Shown piece by piece: positions 12,712-25,005 of a stretch of DNA of 64,000 nucleotides. The position numbers and the translations under genes are program-made. The notes under the pieces were generated by a model. That model had not been told where the DNA came from, ran no database searches, and saw only the letters and a program-made list of their open reading frames with translations. Source of the stretch: Octopus sinensis (taxonomy: Eukaryota); NCBI RefSeq assembly GCF_006345805.1, contig NC_043004.1:25358001-25422000 (forward strand). The letters are read 5' to 3'. Positions within the stretch are counted from its first letter, which is position 1; each line of letters begins with the position of its first letter.

Positions 12712-12830
12712 AGGGTATATTAGCCGAAGCGTTGTATTAACAACAAACAAGATGAGGACAAATATCCGTCAAATGTAAATAATGTAAATAATAATAATAT
12801 ACGTTATTCCTCATCTCTTAAATATAGAAC
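12712..12830 (+). mobile_element. Inverted partial copy of the family E hammerhead tail
   Basis: AGGGTATATTAGCCGAAGCGTTG...CCTCATCTCTTAAATATAGAAC; same 3' end as the copy ending at 50950. Confidence 0.75.
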
Positions 12831-13122
12831 TACACTCACGTATACGTTGTTACAAATAGTGTTACTCGGATTTCGAGCAGGAAGTTTCTTAAATATCAAA
12901 ATGAAGCCACAAACACCATTAGCCGTCTAATTTGCCAAAAGCAAAAAAATAAATAAATAAATAAAATAAAATAAATGAAGAACAGAAAAAAAAATTGGTG
13001 GCGTTGTGCCAAAATTTGAAACTATTCTTATCATTATTGAAGGCAGTAAGCTGGCAGATAAATTAAGTAACAGTGAAACACTGGGATCGATGTGACCGAC
13101 TAGTACCCTCCCACAAAATTTC

Positions 13123-13410
13123 AGTGAGAGATGCCATCAAAGTGACACTGGGGTAAAATATACGAAGCCCAGTATACCCATGATGACTACCTGTCTGTTA
13201 AGGGTTCGCCAGGCACATGCATCACAACCATATGTGCGCGACATGGTAATCTCATATCAAAATTAACAGCGCATGACCTTGCTGGTGGGGCCCAGTTAGA
13301 ATTTGCTTTAGGTCGAGTGACCCATCCTACTCGAAAGGATCCTGCATAAGCGTTGTTTAAGGATGTTGAACGAAACACCCATGTTTCTAGAGGTAAATTA
13401 TCCAAACTCC
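13123..13410 (-). mobile_element. Family C partial copy
   Basis: Homologous to about 12042-12340. Confidence 0.75.
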
Positions 13411-13804
13411 AATTGGAAACTCGGTGCCAAAGACATTGGGATGCTGTGATGATGGCAGACTATTACTGGTGTTTAAAACGAGATACTCCTGTTGCTCAAA
13501 ATTCACGGTACACAAAGAAGCGTAAATTTATGCCTTGTATTTTCTGCCAAAAATCTTTGCCGTCGTGCATTTTAAATTTTGAATTTTTATTAGTATTTTG
13601 TTTTGTTTTGTGTTACGCTCTCTTTATTGATTCATATTATATGCTTCTTATATGAATAAAATACTTACTCTATCAGGTCTAGTCAGAGAACTAGAGCTGA
13701 TAGAGAAAAAAACTGAAGTTATTGTTGAATTCAGCAGGCAAAATCACTTACGAATTCGTTGAAATATTCCAGGCACCGGACAAAAGAAAATTTGTTTTCC
13801 AGTG
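13411..13804 (+). mobile_element. 3' fragment of a Chapaev3-like (CMC) DNA transposon
   Basis: LETRCQRHWDAVMMADYYWCLKRD resembles ME.RYQG.W...MMADYCW.L.RD; terminus TTGTTTTCCAGTG (CACTG-type TIR). Confidence 0.55.
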
Positions 13805-14209
13805 TTATAGAAAGATCAGCAGCAGCGATGGGAGGAATAACATTCCGTAGAAGGCACGGAAAATACCCTGAACAAGAAAGATGAAAACAACTACGACAAC
13901 ACAAATCCCAACACTGCCACGTACATCAACGCCAATAAGTAGTAGTAATAGTGGTTGTGCTAGCAAAATTGCTAATGAGAATAGTAGGAAAAGTGTTGTA
14001 AATGATAGTAATGATATATTTTTATTTCTACTCTAGGCACAAGGCCTTGAAAATTTGGTGGGAAGGGGGATAGCCGATTAGATCGACCACAGTGCGTAAC
14101 TGATACTTATTTCATCGACTCCGAAATGATGAAAGGCAAAGTCGACCTCGGCGGATTTTGAAAGTAATGATAACTTACCAAACATTTTTTTTTAAAAGGC
14201 AATAATTAA

Positions 14210-14670
14210 CATTAACATGTGACGCAGAGTAATTGACATGGTCGGGTCGTAGGTGACTAAACAGGCAACCCCACTAAGCTTGCTTTGTGAGAGGAGTGAA
14301 AATTGATTTTTGGACACCCTGAGGGAGATGAAAAACAAGACTCAGCACAGGGCAGAGAAACTCAGAAGAGTCAATGGCCTTCAAAAAATGGGTGGACAGA
14401 ACTCGTCAGCCTTGGTCGGCAGTCTGTCTAGGAGAAGAAACACTCTGATTTGAAAACTGGGATAGATTAAGGTTTCTTAGTCACTTTAATGACAACCTGA
14501 TGACAACCCATCAGTGGCCAACGATTTCTTCCTTGGGATGAAGACGGAGGACCCACGAACCGTGAGCTAACTCCCGAGAAATGTTCGGATAAGAATAAGG
14601 ACCATCAAACGTCATCTGTTTCCCAGTGGAAATCATGGACATCAATGGAATAGCAATGACAATTTTCATT
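14210..14670 (+). mobile_element. RTE-type 5' UTR-like segment
   Basis: GCCTTGGTCGGCAGTCTGTCTAGGAGAAGAAACACTCTGATTTGAAAAC resembles the RTE 5' UTR motif. Confidence 0.5.
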
Positions 14671-14816
14671 TATTTATTTATTTTATCTTATTGTTTTGTT
14701 TATTTATTTATTTTATATTATTGTTTTGTTTAGTTTTTTATTGTTTTATCTTAAATTATTGCTTTGCTCATTTATTTTATTTTTCATTGTCGTTATCATT
14801 ATTATTTTAACTATTA

Positions 14817-15028
14817 TAACTTCCACCTTATCAAAGTCGGAGGTATTGTTTACAGTTGTGTCTGTCCGTGGACAAGATATCTCAAGAACCGCCGGATGGA
14901 TTCGGATAAAACTTTCAGGGATGTTTGGCTTCGGGACTAGCAGGAACTGATTAGATTTTGGAATCGACCCATTACCGGAAAAGGATTCTAGATTATTTTA
15001 CCTGTTTTTTAACTTAATTTTTGAGAGT
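14817..15028 (+). mobile_element. HINE/DINE-1-like non-autonomous Helentron-type fragment
   Basis: Short subterminal inverted repeat ACTTCC...GGAGGT, then TGTCTGTCCGTGGACAAGATATCTCAAGAACC...GGATGGATTCGGATAAAACTTT. Confidence 0.55.
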
Positions 15029-15040
15029 ATTATTATTATT

Positions 15041-15311
15041 GAGTGAGAGAGAGCAGTGCATGCCATCAAAGTAACACTGGGGTAAAATATACGAAGCCCA
15101 GTATACCCAGCATGACTACCCGTCTGATAACGGTACACCAGGCACATGCATCACAACTATGTGTGCCCTACATGGTGATTTCATATCAAGACAAACATCA
15201 CATGACCTTGCAGGTGGGGGCCCAGTTAGAATTTTCTTCTGATCGAGTAACCCATCCCGCTCAAAAGGTCCCTGAATAAGGGTTGTTTAAGGATGTTGAA
15301 CGAAACACCCA
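15041..15311 (-). mobile_element. Family C partial copy
   Basis: (ATT)n|GAGTGAGAGAG terminus; homologous to about 12042-12310. Confidence 0.8.
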
Positions 15312-17215
15312 AGTTTAGTGACAGCAACAAATCATCTGCTGAAGAAGTTCTAAGATTCATCAAACGCAAGCAAGATTGGTTCTATGAGAATGATTTTCCA
15401 ATCAAACTTCTCCTAGAAACTATGTACAAAAGACACAAGGCCTGGTTCTCAAACAAAAGAGCACCACTACTCAGATTCCTATACATCTCTAAGAAAACTT
15501 AGAAAAAAACTGCGTGAGAGGAAAAATTTTTAAAAGCCCAAGAAATAAAACAGGCTACTAACTCTTACAACCTGAGAACATTGTATGACACAATCCGAAA
15601 GGTGTATTTGGTCCAAGAAAAGGTGGTCCGGAATAAGTTCTTTCAAACGACGGGTCAAAAGTCTAAAATAGTAAAAATGAAATTCTGAAAAGATGAGCTG
15701 AACGCTTTAAATCTGTATTAAATCAAGAATCCACCACCGATCCTGAAGCAATCAATGAAATTCCTCAGAGCCTTATAACTGAGGAACTTGCGGAAGATAC
15801 TTTCTTGGAAAAGATAAGTACTGCTATTGAAAAACTTTCCAATGGTAAAGCTCCAGGACAAGATGGTATTCCCACTGAAGTGCACACGCATGGTGGTAAG
15901 CAACTTGTAAGAAAGCTGCGCAAATTGATCTGTTTGATCTGCGGAAATTGGATCTGTTCCCCAGCAGTTCAAAGAGATATATATAAGGTACTTGTACAAA
16001 GATAAGGGCAAGATTGTATGTGATAATCACAAGGGAATAATCTTGTGCATAGCTGAAAAAATTCTTGCGAGGGTGATCCTTAACCACATTAATATGCGTG
16101 TAGTGAACAGCGTATTTCCTGAATCCTAATGTGGATATGGGTGCTGGGGCGGCACAGTTCACGTAATTTTTGCTCTTCAGCAAATTGAAGAAAAAGTACG
16201 TGAGCAAAATACTGACTTGTACATGGTCTTTGTCGACTTGATCAAGGCTTTTGATACAGTGATTCGTGAGGCGCTCTGGAAAATTTTATTAAAAGTTGGT
16301 CTTCCTTATAAAAGAAAGATGGAACAGTGATATCTAGCAATGTTCAGTACTGTATTTTAGCTACTGTGCTTTTTTCCATATTCTTTTCAATAATACTTCT
16401 ACATGCATTTAGGGCTTACCATAAAGGTGTAAAATTCCAGTTTCGCACAGAAGGACTATTAAACCTAAAAGGGCAAAATTTTAGATCAGAGAAAAAGACC
16501 AAGAAAGAGATTCTACCTGGCTTGCTGTATACTGATGATTGCACTTTGATTTCTCATACATTCGAAGGAATTCAAGAAACAGTCGACAGGTTTGCTGCAG
16601 CAGTTTGTGAATTTGGACTATCAGCATCAAGAAGACTGAAGTGCTATTCCAACCTAAACCTGACGCAGAACGTACTGAAGATTCAAATTTGATGATTAAC
16701 AAGTGGCTCAAATGAGTCAGGTCATTTAAAAATCTTTCAAGTACAGACAACTTTAAAAGTACTCTTGATGACGAAATCAATGTAAGAATATCCAAGGCTA
16801 CAAATACTTTTGGAAAAATTACTCATCGTTTGTGGGATGGACATGATGTCAATCTGAAAACTAAAATAAGTGTATACAAATCTTATATTTTGAGCACACA
16901 CTTGTATGGGGCAGAAGAATAGAATCCTTACTATAGACATATAAAGAAACTTGAGACCTTCCATATGGGCTGTCTGTGGAATATCTACAACATAAAATAG
17001 CAAGATATATCAAATGTCAAAATCATAGAAAAATGTGATATCTCCTGGATCAAAAGCATGCTGCTGAGAACTCAGTGTAGTTGGGTACGACTTGTTCGAA
17101 TGGAAGATGAACGAATTCTGAAAGTTTTTTTTTTTTATGGCCAACAAACAGAGAGATACGCGGTAAAGGAAGACCCGTCCTTAGATACAATGCTAAGTTG
17201 AAGCAATTACTCGTC
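15312..17215 (+). pseudogene. Degraded RTE (BovB-like) LINE reverse transcriptase
   Basis: KRKQDWFYEND, KAPGQDGIP, FVDL.KAFD, LYTDDC..I, with multiple stops and frameshifts. Confidence 0.85.
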
Positions 17216-17434
17216 TCTACAGCTAAAATGGTAGTTTTTTATTGTTTTACTTGTTTCCATCATGTGATTGCGGCCATGCTAGGGCTCCGCTTTTAGCCGA
17301 AGAAATGTGAGATATGCAGGGATATTACATTTGTAGATATCCATGCATATCTCACATCTATTTTCATTCCTCCACTTCACTCTATATTTCGTATCTTATC
17401 TAAATTAACTATTGCTTAACCATTTTCTCATACC

Positions 17435-17482
17435 GTCTCCGATGAAGAGATATAATAAATATCCTGGAAACAGCTGTAAGAC
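17435..17482 (+). ncRNA. Minimal type I hammerhead-like motif (core variant CCGAUGA)
   Basis: GUCU CCGAUGA AGA GAUAU..AUAUC CUG GAAA CAGCUG UA AGAC; helix I GUCU/AGAC; palindromic ACAGCUGU; GUA cleavage triplet. Confidence 0.55.
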
Positions 17483-17571
17483 CTTCTATATATAAATGTT
17501 CTAAAATCTTCACAGCCTTGGGGTTTTTTATTTCATTCTGAAAGAAAATTTATATATGTATGTATACACAC

Positions 17572-17590
17572 ACACATATATATATCTGTA

Positions 17591-17688
<98 letters not shown>

Positions 17689-17833
17689 TATATACATATA
17701 TATACGTATGAATAAATATGCATATATATGTATATATACATATATACATATATACATATATATATATATACATATATATACATATATGCATATATATATA
17801 TATATATATATAATATATCTATATATATATTAT

Positions 17834-17864
<31 letters not shown>

Positions 17865-17904
17865 ACGTATATATATATATCGTATATACATATATCATAG
17901 ATAC

Positions 17905-17943
<39 letters not shown>

Positions 17944-18015
17944 ATATATATATATATACCTATATATATATATATATATATATACCTATATATAATATAT
18001 TATTAATATATATAG
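17572..18015. repeat. Complex (TA)n/(TACA)n microsatellite
   Basis: Direct inspection. Confidence 0.95.
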
Positions 18016-18214
18016 GAGATGTACTCGCATAGCAAGTAATTTGATCTGAGATCGTGTGCTGAAACGAAAACATTGGAAGGTGTTTATAAGCCATTTAAGA
18101 AACACACAAAAGCCGTTCGATTCACTTCAACATTTAAGTTTAATTTGTCAAAATATTTTCGTCGCTAAAATCCGCGACCTGTTCACTGACAAAGTCCGTG
18201 CTGCATCTCTTTTC

Positions 18215-18249
<35 letters not shown>

Positions 18250-18739
18250 ATATATATATATATATATTATATATAATATACATATATATCTATATATATT
18301 AATATACATATAAATCTATATATATATAATATATAATATATATAATATATATATATATATACATATAAATCTATATATACATCTATATATAAGAAGAAAT
18401 CAGATACTCAGAAACCTGGATGGTTTTATATTTACAGATATTTATTAATATGTCACATGATTTTATAAATCATATATTAGCGCTTGCATCCACTCAAGTG
18501 GAGTCGGCAGTGTAGATGTATCTCATTGGCTGATAAATAGACACAAGTGGTTAAAACAACAGTTCCGCAATGTAACTTATCGTTTTGTAGAAATAGAAGT
18601 AACCAGACAGAGGAAATATCTTCATTTATATAGAAGATCAAAAATCAAATCACTGAAGGAAGAAAGAAAAACGAACACGCAATACAGCGAGAAAATTATT
18701 TAAAATATTATATATATATATATAAATATATATATATAA

Positions 18740-19577
18740 TTTGAGCTGATGCATTTTGGAAGAAACTCCTCACTAAAACAGCCATACTCTCTTCCTTCAG
18801 GGGAACCGCTCACAGCCTCTAACAACATCAGAGACCTAGGTGTAATTGTTGATGACGATCTCAGTTGGAGTGCACACATCAACAAGAAGGTCGATATAGC
18901 TCGTAGGATGAGTTCCTGGTCCAGAGAACAAGGTGTCATCATACCACTCTTCTCCTCCTTTGTATGGCCACACCTCGAATACTGCTGCCCACTGTGGTCT
19001 CCCCATACAAGACAAAACATCTCGAGGATTGAATCACCCCAGAGAGCACTCACTAAACGAATTGAAGGCATGGCTGCTCTCGATTATTGGGATCGCCTTA
19101 AAGCCTTGAAACTCTACTCTCTCCAGCGTCGCCGTGAGCGGTACATCATTTGTACGATGTGGAGAATTTACCGCCAACTTTGCCCAAACGACCTGAACAT
19201 AAGCTTCAAGGTTCATCCAAGACTGGGACCACGGGCCATACGTCCCCTGCCCAATTCAAGATCACAGCATACTTATACACTACAACATAATTTCTTTTCA
19301 ACAGGCCCTGCCCTATTTAACATTGTCCCGAAAGAGATCAAAGAGGAACAGGATCCCATCAACTTTAAACGGAGTCTGGATAGATTCCTTCAAAGAATAC
19401 CAGATAAGCCACCCATAATTGGATACAACTGACCCAACAAAAACTCACTACTTGAATGGACCATAAGCAAAACTTGACTTAAACAGGATTCAAATAATCC
19501 TATCAGGTGGTGCTATTAAGTTAGACATGGCCTGGACCAATCATTGGTCGAAACACATCTAAGTTTATCTAAGTCTA

Positions 19578-19580
<3 letters not shown>
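18740..19580 (+). mobile_element. CR1/L2-group LINE 3' fragment (ORF 18749-19432)
   Basis: RDLGVIVDDDLSW..HI, PHLEYCCPLWSP, LKLYSLQRRRER; short tandem tail TCTAAG. Confidence 0.85.
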
Positions 19581-19645
<65 letters not shown>

Positions 19646-19646
<1 letters not shown>

Positions 19647-19814
19647 GTAGGAGTGGCTGTGTGGTAAGTAGCTTGTTTACCAACCACATGGTTCCGGGTT
19701 CAGTCCCACTGCGTCGTGGCACCTTGGGCAAGTGTCTTCTACTATAGCCTCGGGCCGACCAAAGCCTTGTGAGACGGAAACTGAAAGAAGCCCGTCGTGA
19801 TATATATATATCTA

Positions 19815-19861
<47 letters not shown>

Positions 19862-19863
19862 GT

Positions 19864-19898
<35 letters not shown>

Positions 19899-20046
19899 TT
19901 TGTGTGTCTGTGTTTGTCCTCCCAACATAGCTTCACAACTGATGCGGTGCGTGGTTTAAAAAGAATAAGTCCTGAGCTCTATTTGGTCGACTAAAGGCGG
20001 TGCTCCAGCATGGCCACAGTCAAATGACTGAAACAAGTAAAGAGTA
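19646..20046 (+). mobile_element. SINE family A
   Basis: A box TGGCTGTGTGG, B-box-like GGTTCAGTCC, CCTTGGGCAAGTG, 3' CAAATGACTGAAACAAGTAAAGAGTA. Confidence 0.85.
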
Positions 20047-20801
20047 TATATATATATACGTGTGTGTGTGTGTGTGTGTATGTATATGTATGTTGTACAT
20101 GTGTATGTTTGCGTGCGTGCATAGAAAGCTAGACATATCCGAGACTACTTGTGCTTCTTACATGAGTTAGGACGGAATTCGTGACTCATTACATTCAAAT
20201 AGAAAAATGAAAACAAGGAAACAAAACAGCTTATCATTGAAAGCCATTATGATCCTTTATCTAAAGGAGACACGAAATAGTCAGAGAAGGAGTGGCAATT
20301 ATCCTGTTGTTGCTTTTGTTTCCAAATATGTAAAATGTTTCCATTTTACTTTAGTTGTTGTCGTCGTCGTTGTTGGTGTATAGCTCTGGGTGAAATCTGA
20401 TTGAACAGACCAACGATCTTAGTTGTTCCAGTCATGACCAATCCTTCTTTTTCACTCTTTTCCTCTTTTGCTCTTTTACTCCAATATCCACGCCTTCAAT
20501 AACCACGGTTTGCTGGTTTATGGAGTCATGCTGAACGATTATTACCTGCGTCCCATCGCCATAATTTGAAAAGGGTACCAGGGGTCCAAGAGCAGTGGGT
20601 TTCCGGATCTTTGTGGGCATAAATTCTGAATTTTTTGTCCCTGGTAGGGGTACATTTTCATGTTTTAGTGACATAATGCAGACCTCGCCTAAAAACCACC
20701 ATACTGTTTATGTTTCCTTATTTCTGTGCTAACAGAATACTGCTTGTCGATTACTTGGCAAGTTAAAATATCTCATTATCACTCCCAGCTAGATGAGTAT
20801 A

Positions 20802-21027
20802 TACTCTTTTACTCTTTTACTTGTTTCAGTCATTTGACTGCGGCCATGCTGGAGCACCGCCTTTTTAATCGAGCAACTCGACCCTGGGACTTATTCTTTT
20901 GTAAGCCCAGTACCTATTCTATCGGTCTCTTTTGCCGAACCGCTAAGTAACGGGGACATAAACACACCAGCATCGGTTGTCAAGCAATGCTAGGGGGACA
21001 AACACAGACACACAAACACACACACGC

Positions 21028-21060
<33 letters not shown>

Positions 21061-21225
21061 TACGACAGGCTTCTTTCAGTTTCTGTCTACCAAATCCACT
21101 CACAAGGCATTGGTCGGCCCGAGGCTATAGTAGAAGACACTTGCCCAAGGTGCCACACAGTGGGACTGAACCCGGAACCATGTGGTTTGTAAACAAGCTA
21201 CTTACCACACAGCCACTCCTGCGCC
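20802..21225 (-). mobile_element. SINE family A, full length
   Basis: Reverse complement of the family consensus, both ends present. Confidence 0.9.
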
Positions 21226-21395
21226 TATATATTTCTGTCAGCCAAAGTATCAGCTGAGCTATAGTTGTTAAAACATGACAGAAAGGTATAGGAAATTTTA
21301 AAATTTTGACAGGCTGGCTACTATTCCAAAATATACGAGTCGTTGAAACACCTCTCACTATCTACCACATTTAATTTTATAAGAAGTAAACATAA

Positions 21396-21796
21396 GGCGC
21401 AGGAGTGGCTGTGTGGTAAGTAGCTTGCTTACCAACCACATGGTTCCGGGTTCAGTCCCACTGCGTAGCATCTTGGGCAAGTGTCTACTGCTATAGCCCC
21501 GGGCCGACCAATGCCTTGTGAGTGGATTTAATAGATGGAAACTGAAAGAAGCCTGTCGTATATATTTATATATATATATATGTATGTATGTGTGTGTTTG
21601 TGTCTGTATTTGTCCCCCTACCATTGCTTGACAACCGATGCTGGTGTGTTTACGTCCCCGTCACTTAGCGGTTCGGCAAAAGAGACCGATAGAATAAGTA
21701 CTGGGCTTACAAAGAATAAGTCCCGGGGTCGATTTGCTCGACTAAAAGCGGTGCTCCAGCATGGCCACAGTCAAATGACTGAAACAAGTAAAAGAG
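21396..21796 (+). mobile_element. SINE family A, full length
   Basis: Both ends present. Confidence 0.9.
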
Positions 21797-22058
21797 AAAA
21801 AGAGAGAATAAGAAGTTCCATCTGGAATTTTCTTCATAGAGAGAGTAAGTATCTAAAAGAGGGGTGTATCTTTCCAGTTGAAAGAAACTAAGCAACATAT
21901 ATTTTTTTATTTCAATTCTAACTTTATATGCAATATTTTTAGGCTTCCATTTCTTGGCATGTGGTTTTCCAGATTGAATTGAGAATATTGTCACTCCCAC
22001 GTCCGCATTTTCTCCGCTAGGATACTTATGTATACACACAAGCGCGCGCGTACGCACG

Positions 22059-22157
<99 letters not shown>

Positions 22158-22204
22158 GCATATATATATGTGTATGTATATATGCATATGAGTTTGCGTG
22201 TAAA

Positions 22205-22440
22205 GGCGCGTGGCCACGTGTTTAACGCATCGTACTCACGATCGCCAGATGAAGGGTTCGATTCTCGGACCGGGCGGCACCTCCTGCTCTTTTTTTTTTC
22301 TTTTTTAAGCAAAGTACTTCACTTCACGTTGTTCTCGTCCACTCGGTTGTAAACGGGTAACCCCATGACGGTATAGTCTTCCGATCAAGAGGGGATGTTG
22401 GCCTGCTCGCCTAACTAGCCGTGTGGTGTTATTCGAAAGC
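22205..22440 (+). mobile_element. SINE family D-type, degraded
   Basis: GGCGCGTGGCC...GGTTCGATTCTCGGACCG...CACTTCACGTTG. Confidence 0.6.
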
Positions 22441-22745
22441 GAAAATAATGCGAAGCACATTCGAAAGCGAAAATAATGCGAAGCACATCCGATAGTTTGG
22501 ACGAAACCGTGATATATTTCTATTATATATAGCTTTTATGTTTGAGTTAATTAAGTATTTATTTGTGTAAACGGGAGAATAAACACAGAAAACAGTAGGC
22601 ACAATTGTATTAATGATAATTATGTTTATCGTTGACATCGTTGTTATTGTAATCATCATCATAATTCGCACTAGCATGATGATAAACTGATAATGATTGT
22701 GATGGTGATGACAATCCTCCTCATCTATCTCCTCTTCCTCCTCCG

Positions 22746-22776
<31 letters not shown>

Positions 22777-23007
22777 TCATCGTTATCATTATCATCATCA
22801 CTACCATCACGTCCAACTTCATCATTCTCTTTCTCAAGCAGGTGCGTGCGATTTCCGCGGCATTGCCAACTGCTGGACTGATTTGATAAAACAAAAGTGT
22901 GGACCGAATGACTGCTCTGATGACATCATCTGCAAGTAAGACTATATATATATATATATCAATAAACACCTTTCTCAGTATTTATACATATACATATGTA
23001 CATATTT

Positions 23008-23274
23008 GTAGCTGTGTGGTAAGAAGCTTACTAATCAACCACATGGTGCTGGGTTCAGTCCCACTGCGTAGTACCTTGGCAAGTGTCTTCTACTATAGCC
23101 ACGGCCCGACAAAAGCCTTATGAGTGAATTTGGTAGACGGAAACTGAAAGAAGCTCGTCGTATATATATGTATGTATGTGTATGTATATATATACATATA
23201 TGTATGTATGTATGTATGCATGTATTGTATGCATGTATGTTGTATATATATAATATATATATATATATATATTT

Positions 23275-23306
<32 letters not shown>

Positions 23307-23337
23307 TATACATATATTATATAAAGTATATATAAAT

Positions 23338-23379
<42 letters not shown>

Positions 23380-23423
23380 CTATAATTATATATATATATA
23401 TAAGTATATATATATATATAATA

Positions 23424-23462
<39 letters not shown>

Positions 23463-23760
23463 GTCTATATATATATTATATATATATATATATATATATG
23501 ATCTATATATATATATATATCTATGCATAATGGAAATATATAGGATAGGTATAGATATAGTATGTATTTATGTGTGTTTGTGTGTGTGCGTGTGTATATG
23601 AGTGTGTGTAACCCCAAGGCTACAAACCGGTGTTGGTGTATTTATGTAGCCATAACCTAGCGGTTCGGTAAAAGTTACCGATAGATAAGTGCCGGGTTTA
23701 AAAAATAAAATTCTTCAATTGGTGCTCCAGCTTGACCTCAAGTTTCAATGACAGAAACAA
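23008..23760 (+). mobile_element. SINE family A with internal (TA)n expanded to about 400 bp
   Basis: Head 23008-23160 and 3' domain 23600-23760 separated by (TA)n. Confidence 0.7.
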
Positions 23761-23872
23761 ACCATAATATATATATATAAACAATATATTGTTCAGTGTC
23801 GCCGTCTGTTAGGAATCCCGACTTCGATGTTTCGAGTTTTTTACTCTTGTCAAGAGAAGCAATATATATATA

Positions 23873-23903
<31 letters not shown>

Positions 23904-24049
23904 TAATATAATATTGCCTCTGAACAAACTGAATTTTTTTATACCTTTTTACCATAAGAGAGATTTTTCTCTGCGGTAACTGAAGTGTATTTGGCTTTTA
24001 ACAGCTGAAATATGTGACAAACATATTTCAGCTAACCTAAATTCTACTC

Positions 24050-24103
<54 letters not shown>

Positions 24104-24905
24104 TTATATATATCTTTTTACTTGTTTCAGTCATTAAACGGTGGCCATGCCGGGACACCGCATTGAAGAATTCTTTGTTGAATGAATCGACCCCATTACT
24201 TTGCCTTTTTAAGCCTGGTACTTATTCTATCGATATCTTTTGCCGAATCGCTTAGTTACAGTTGTCAAACACACAGACACACACACACGCGCGCACATAC
24301 ATACATACATGGTGGCTGCCCCCTCGTTATCGAGTATGGCCATTGCACGAAACTTAATCAATGTTGTTATCGTGCAATGCCTGTGCAAGAAGATTTTTTT
24401 TAAAGTGAGGACAAACTGTGCACTGAGTCAATCCCACTCACTAAGCAACAGCAGCCATAATCCGAAAAGAAGAAGAAGTCAACATCATCGGTAACCACTG
24501 AGCCGCAGGTTTTATGTCGGAGTTATCCCAGTTACCTGAGTTACCTTCTCCTAGAGGGATACCCTAACAAAGGCTAGGAGTCCTTCACGCCCAATGGTTT
24601 AACCGCGCGATCGGGTATTCAGTCCGATTATTTCTATGTCCCCGCGCATGATACATCCTTAAGACATTTATTGGATGGCTGTTGACTCTCAAGAGTTCCT
24701 CCGCACATACATACATACATACATACATACATACATACATACATACATACATACATACATACTGCTTAATTTGAGACCTGAAAATTTTAGCAGGTGTAAA
24801 CACATAGAAAAATTTCTTTTATCGAACTGGAGGGCATCACCCGCTCCGGATTGATTCTCGCAAACTTAGACATATTTTCTTTTACTGTGTTCTTAACCAG
24901 TTATA

Positions 24906-25005
24906 NNNNNNNNNNNNNNNNNNNNNNNNNNNNNNNNNNNNNNNNNNNNNNNNNNNNNNNNNNNNNNNNNNNNNNNNNNNNNNNNNNNNNNNNNNNNNNN
25001 NNNNN
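24906..25005. other. Assembly gap (100 N)
   Basis: Run of N. Confidence 1.

Noticed and set aside
17528-18006. YI/IY-, HT-, CV-, LS- and poly-I ORFs throughout the window
   Set aside because: Translations of (TA)n, (CA)n, (CT)n and (ATT)n microsatellites.
19515-19560. GACC-loop-GGTC-GAAAC resembling a hammerhead half
   Set aside because: No CUGANGA upstream; it fits an ordinary LINE 3' stem-loop.
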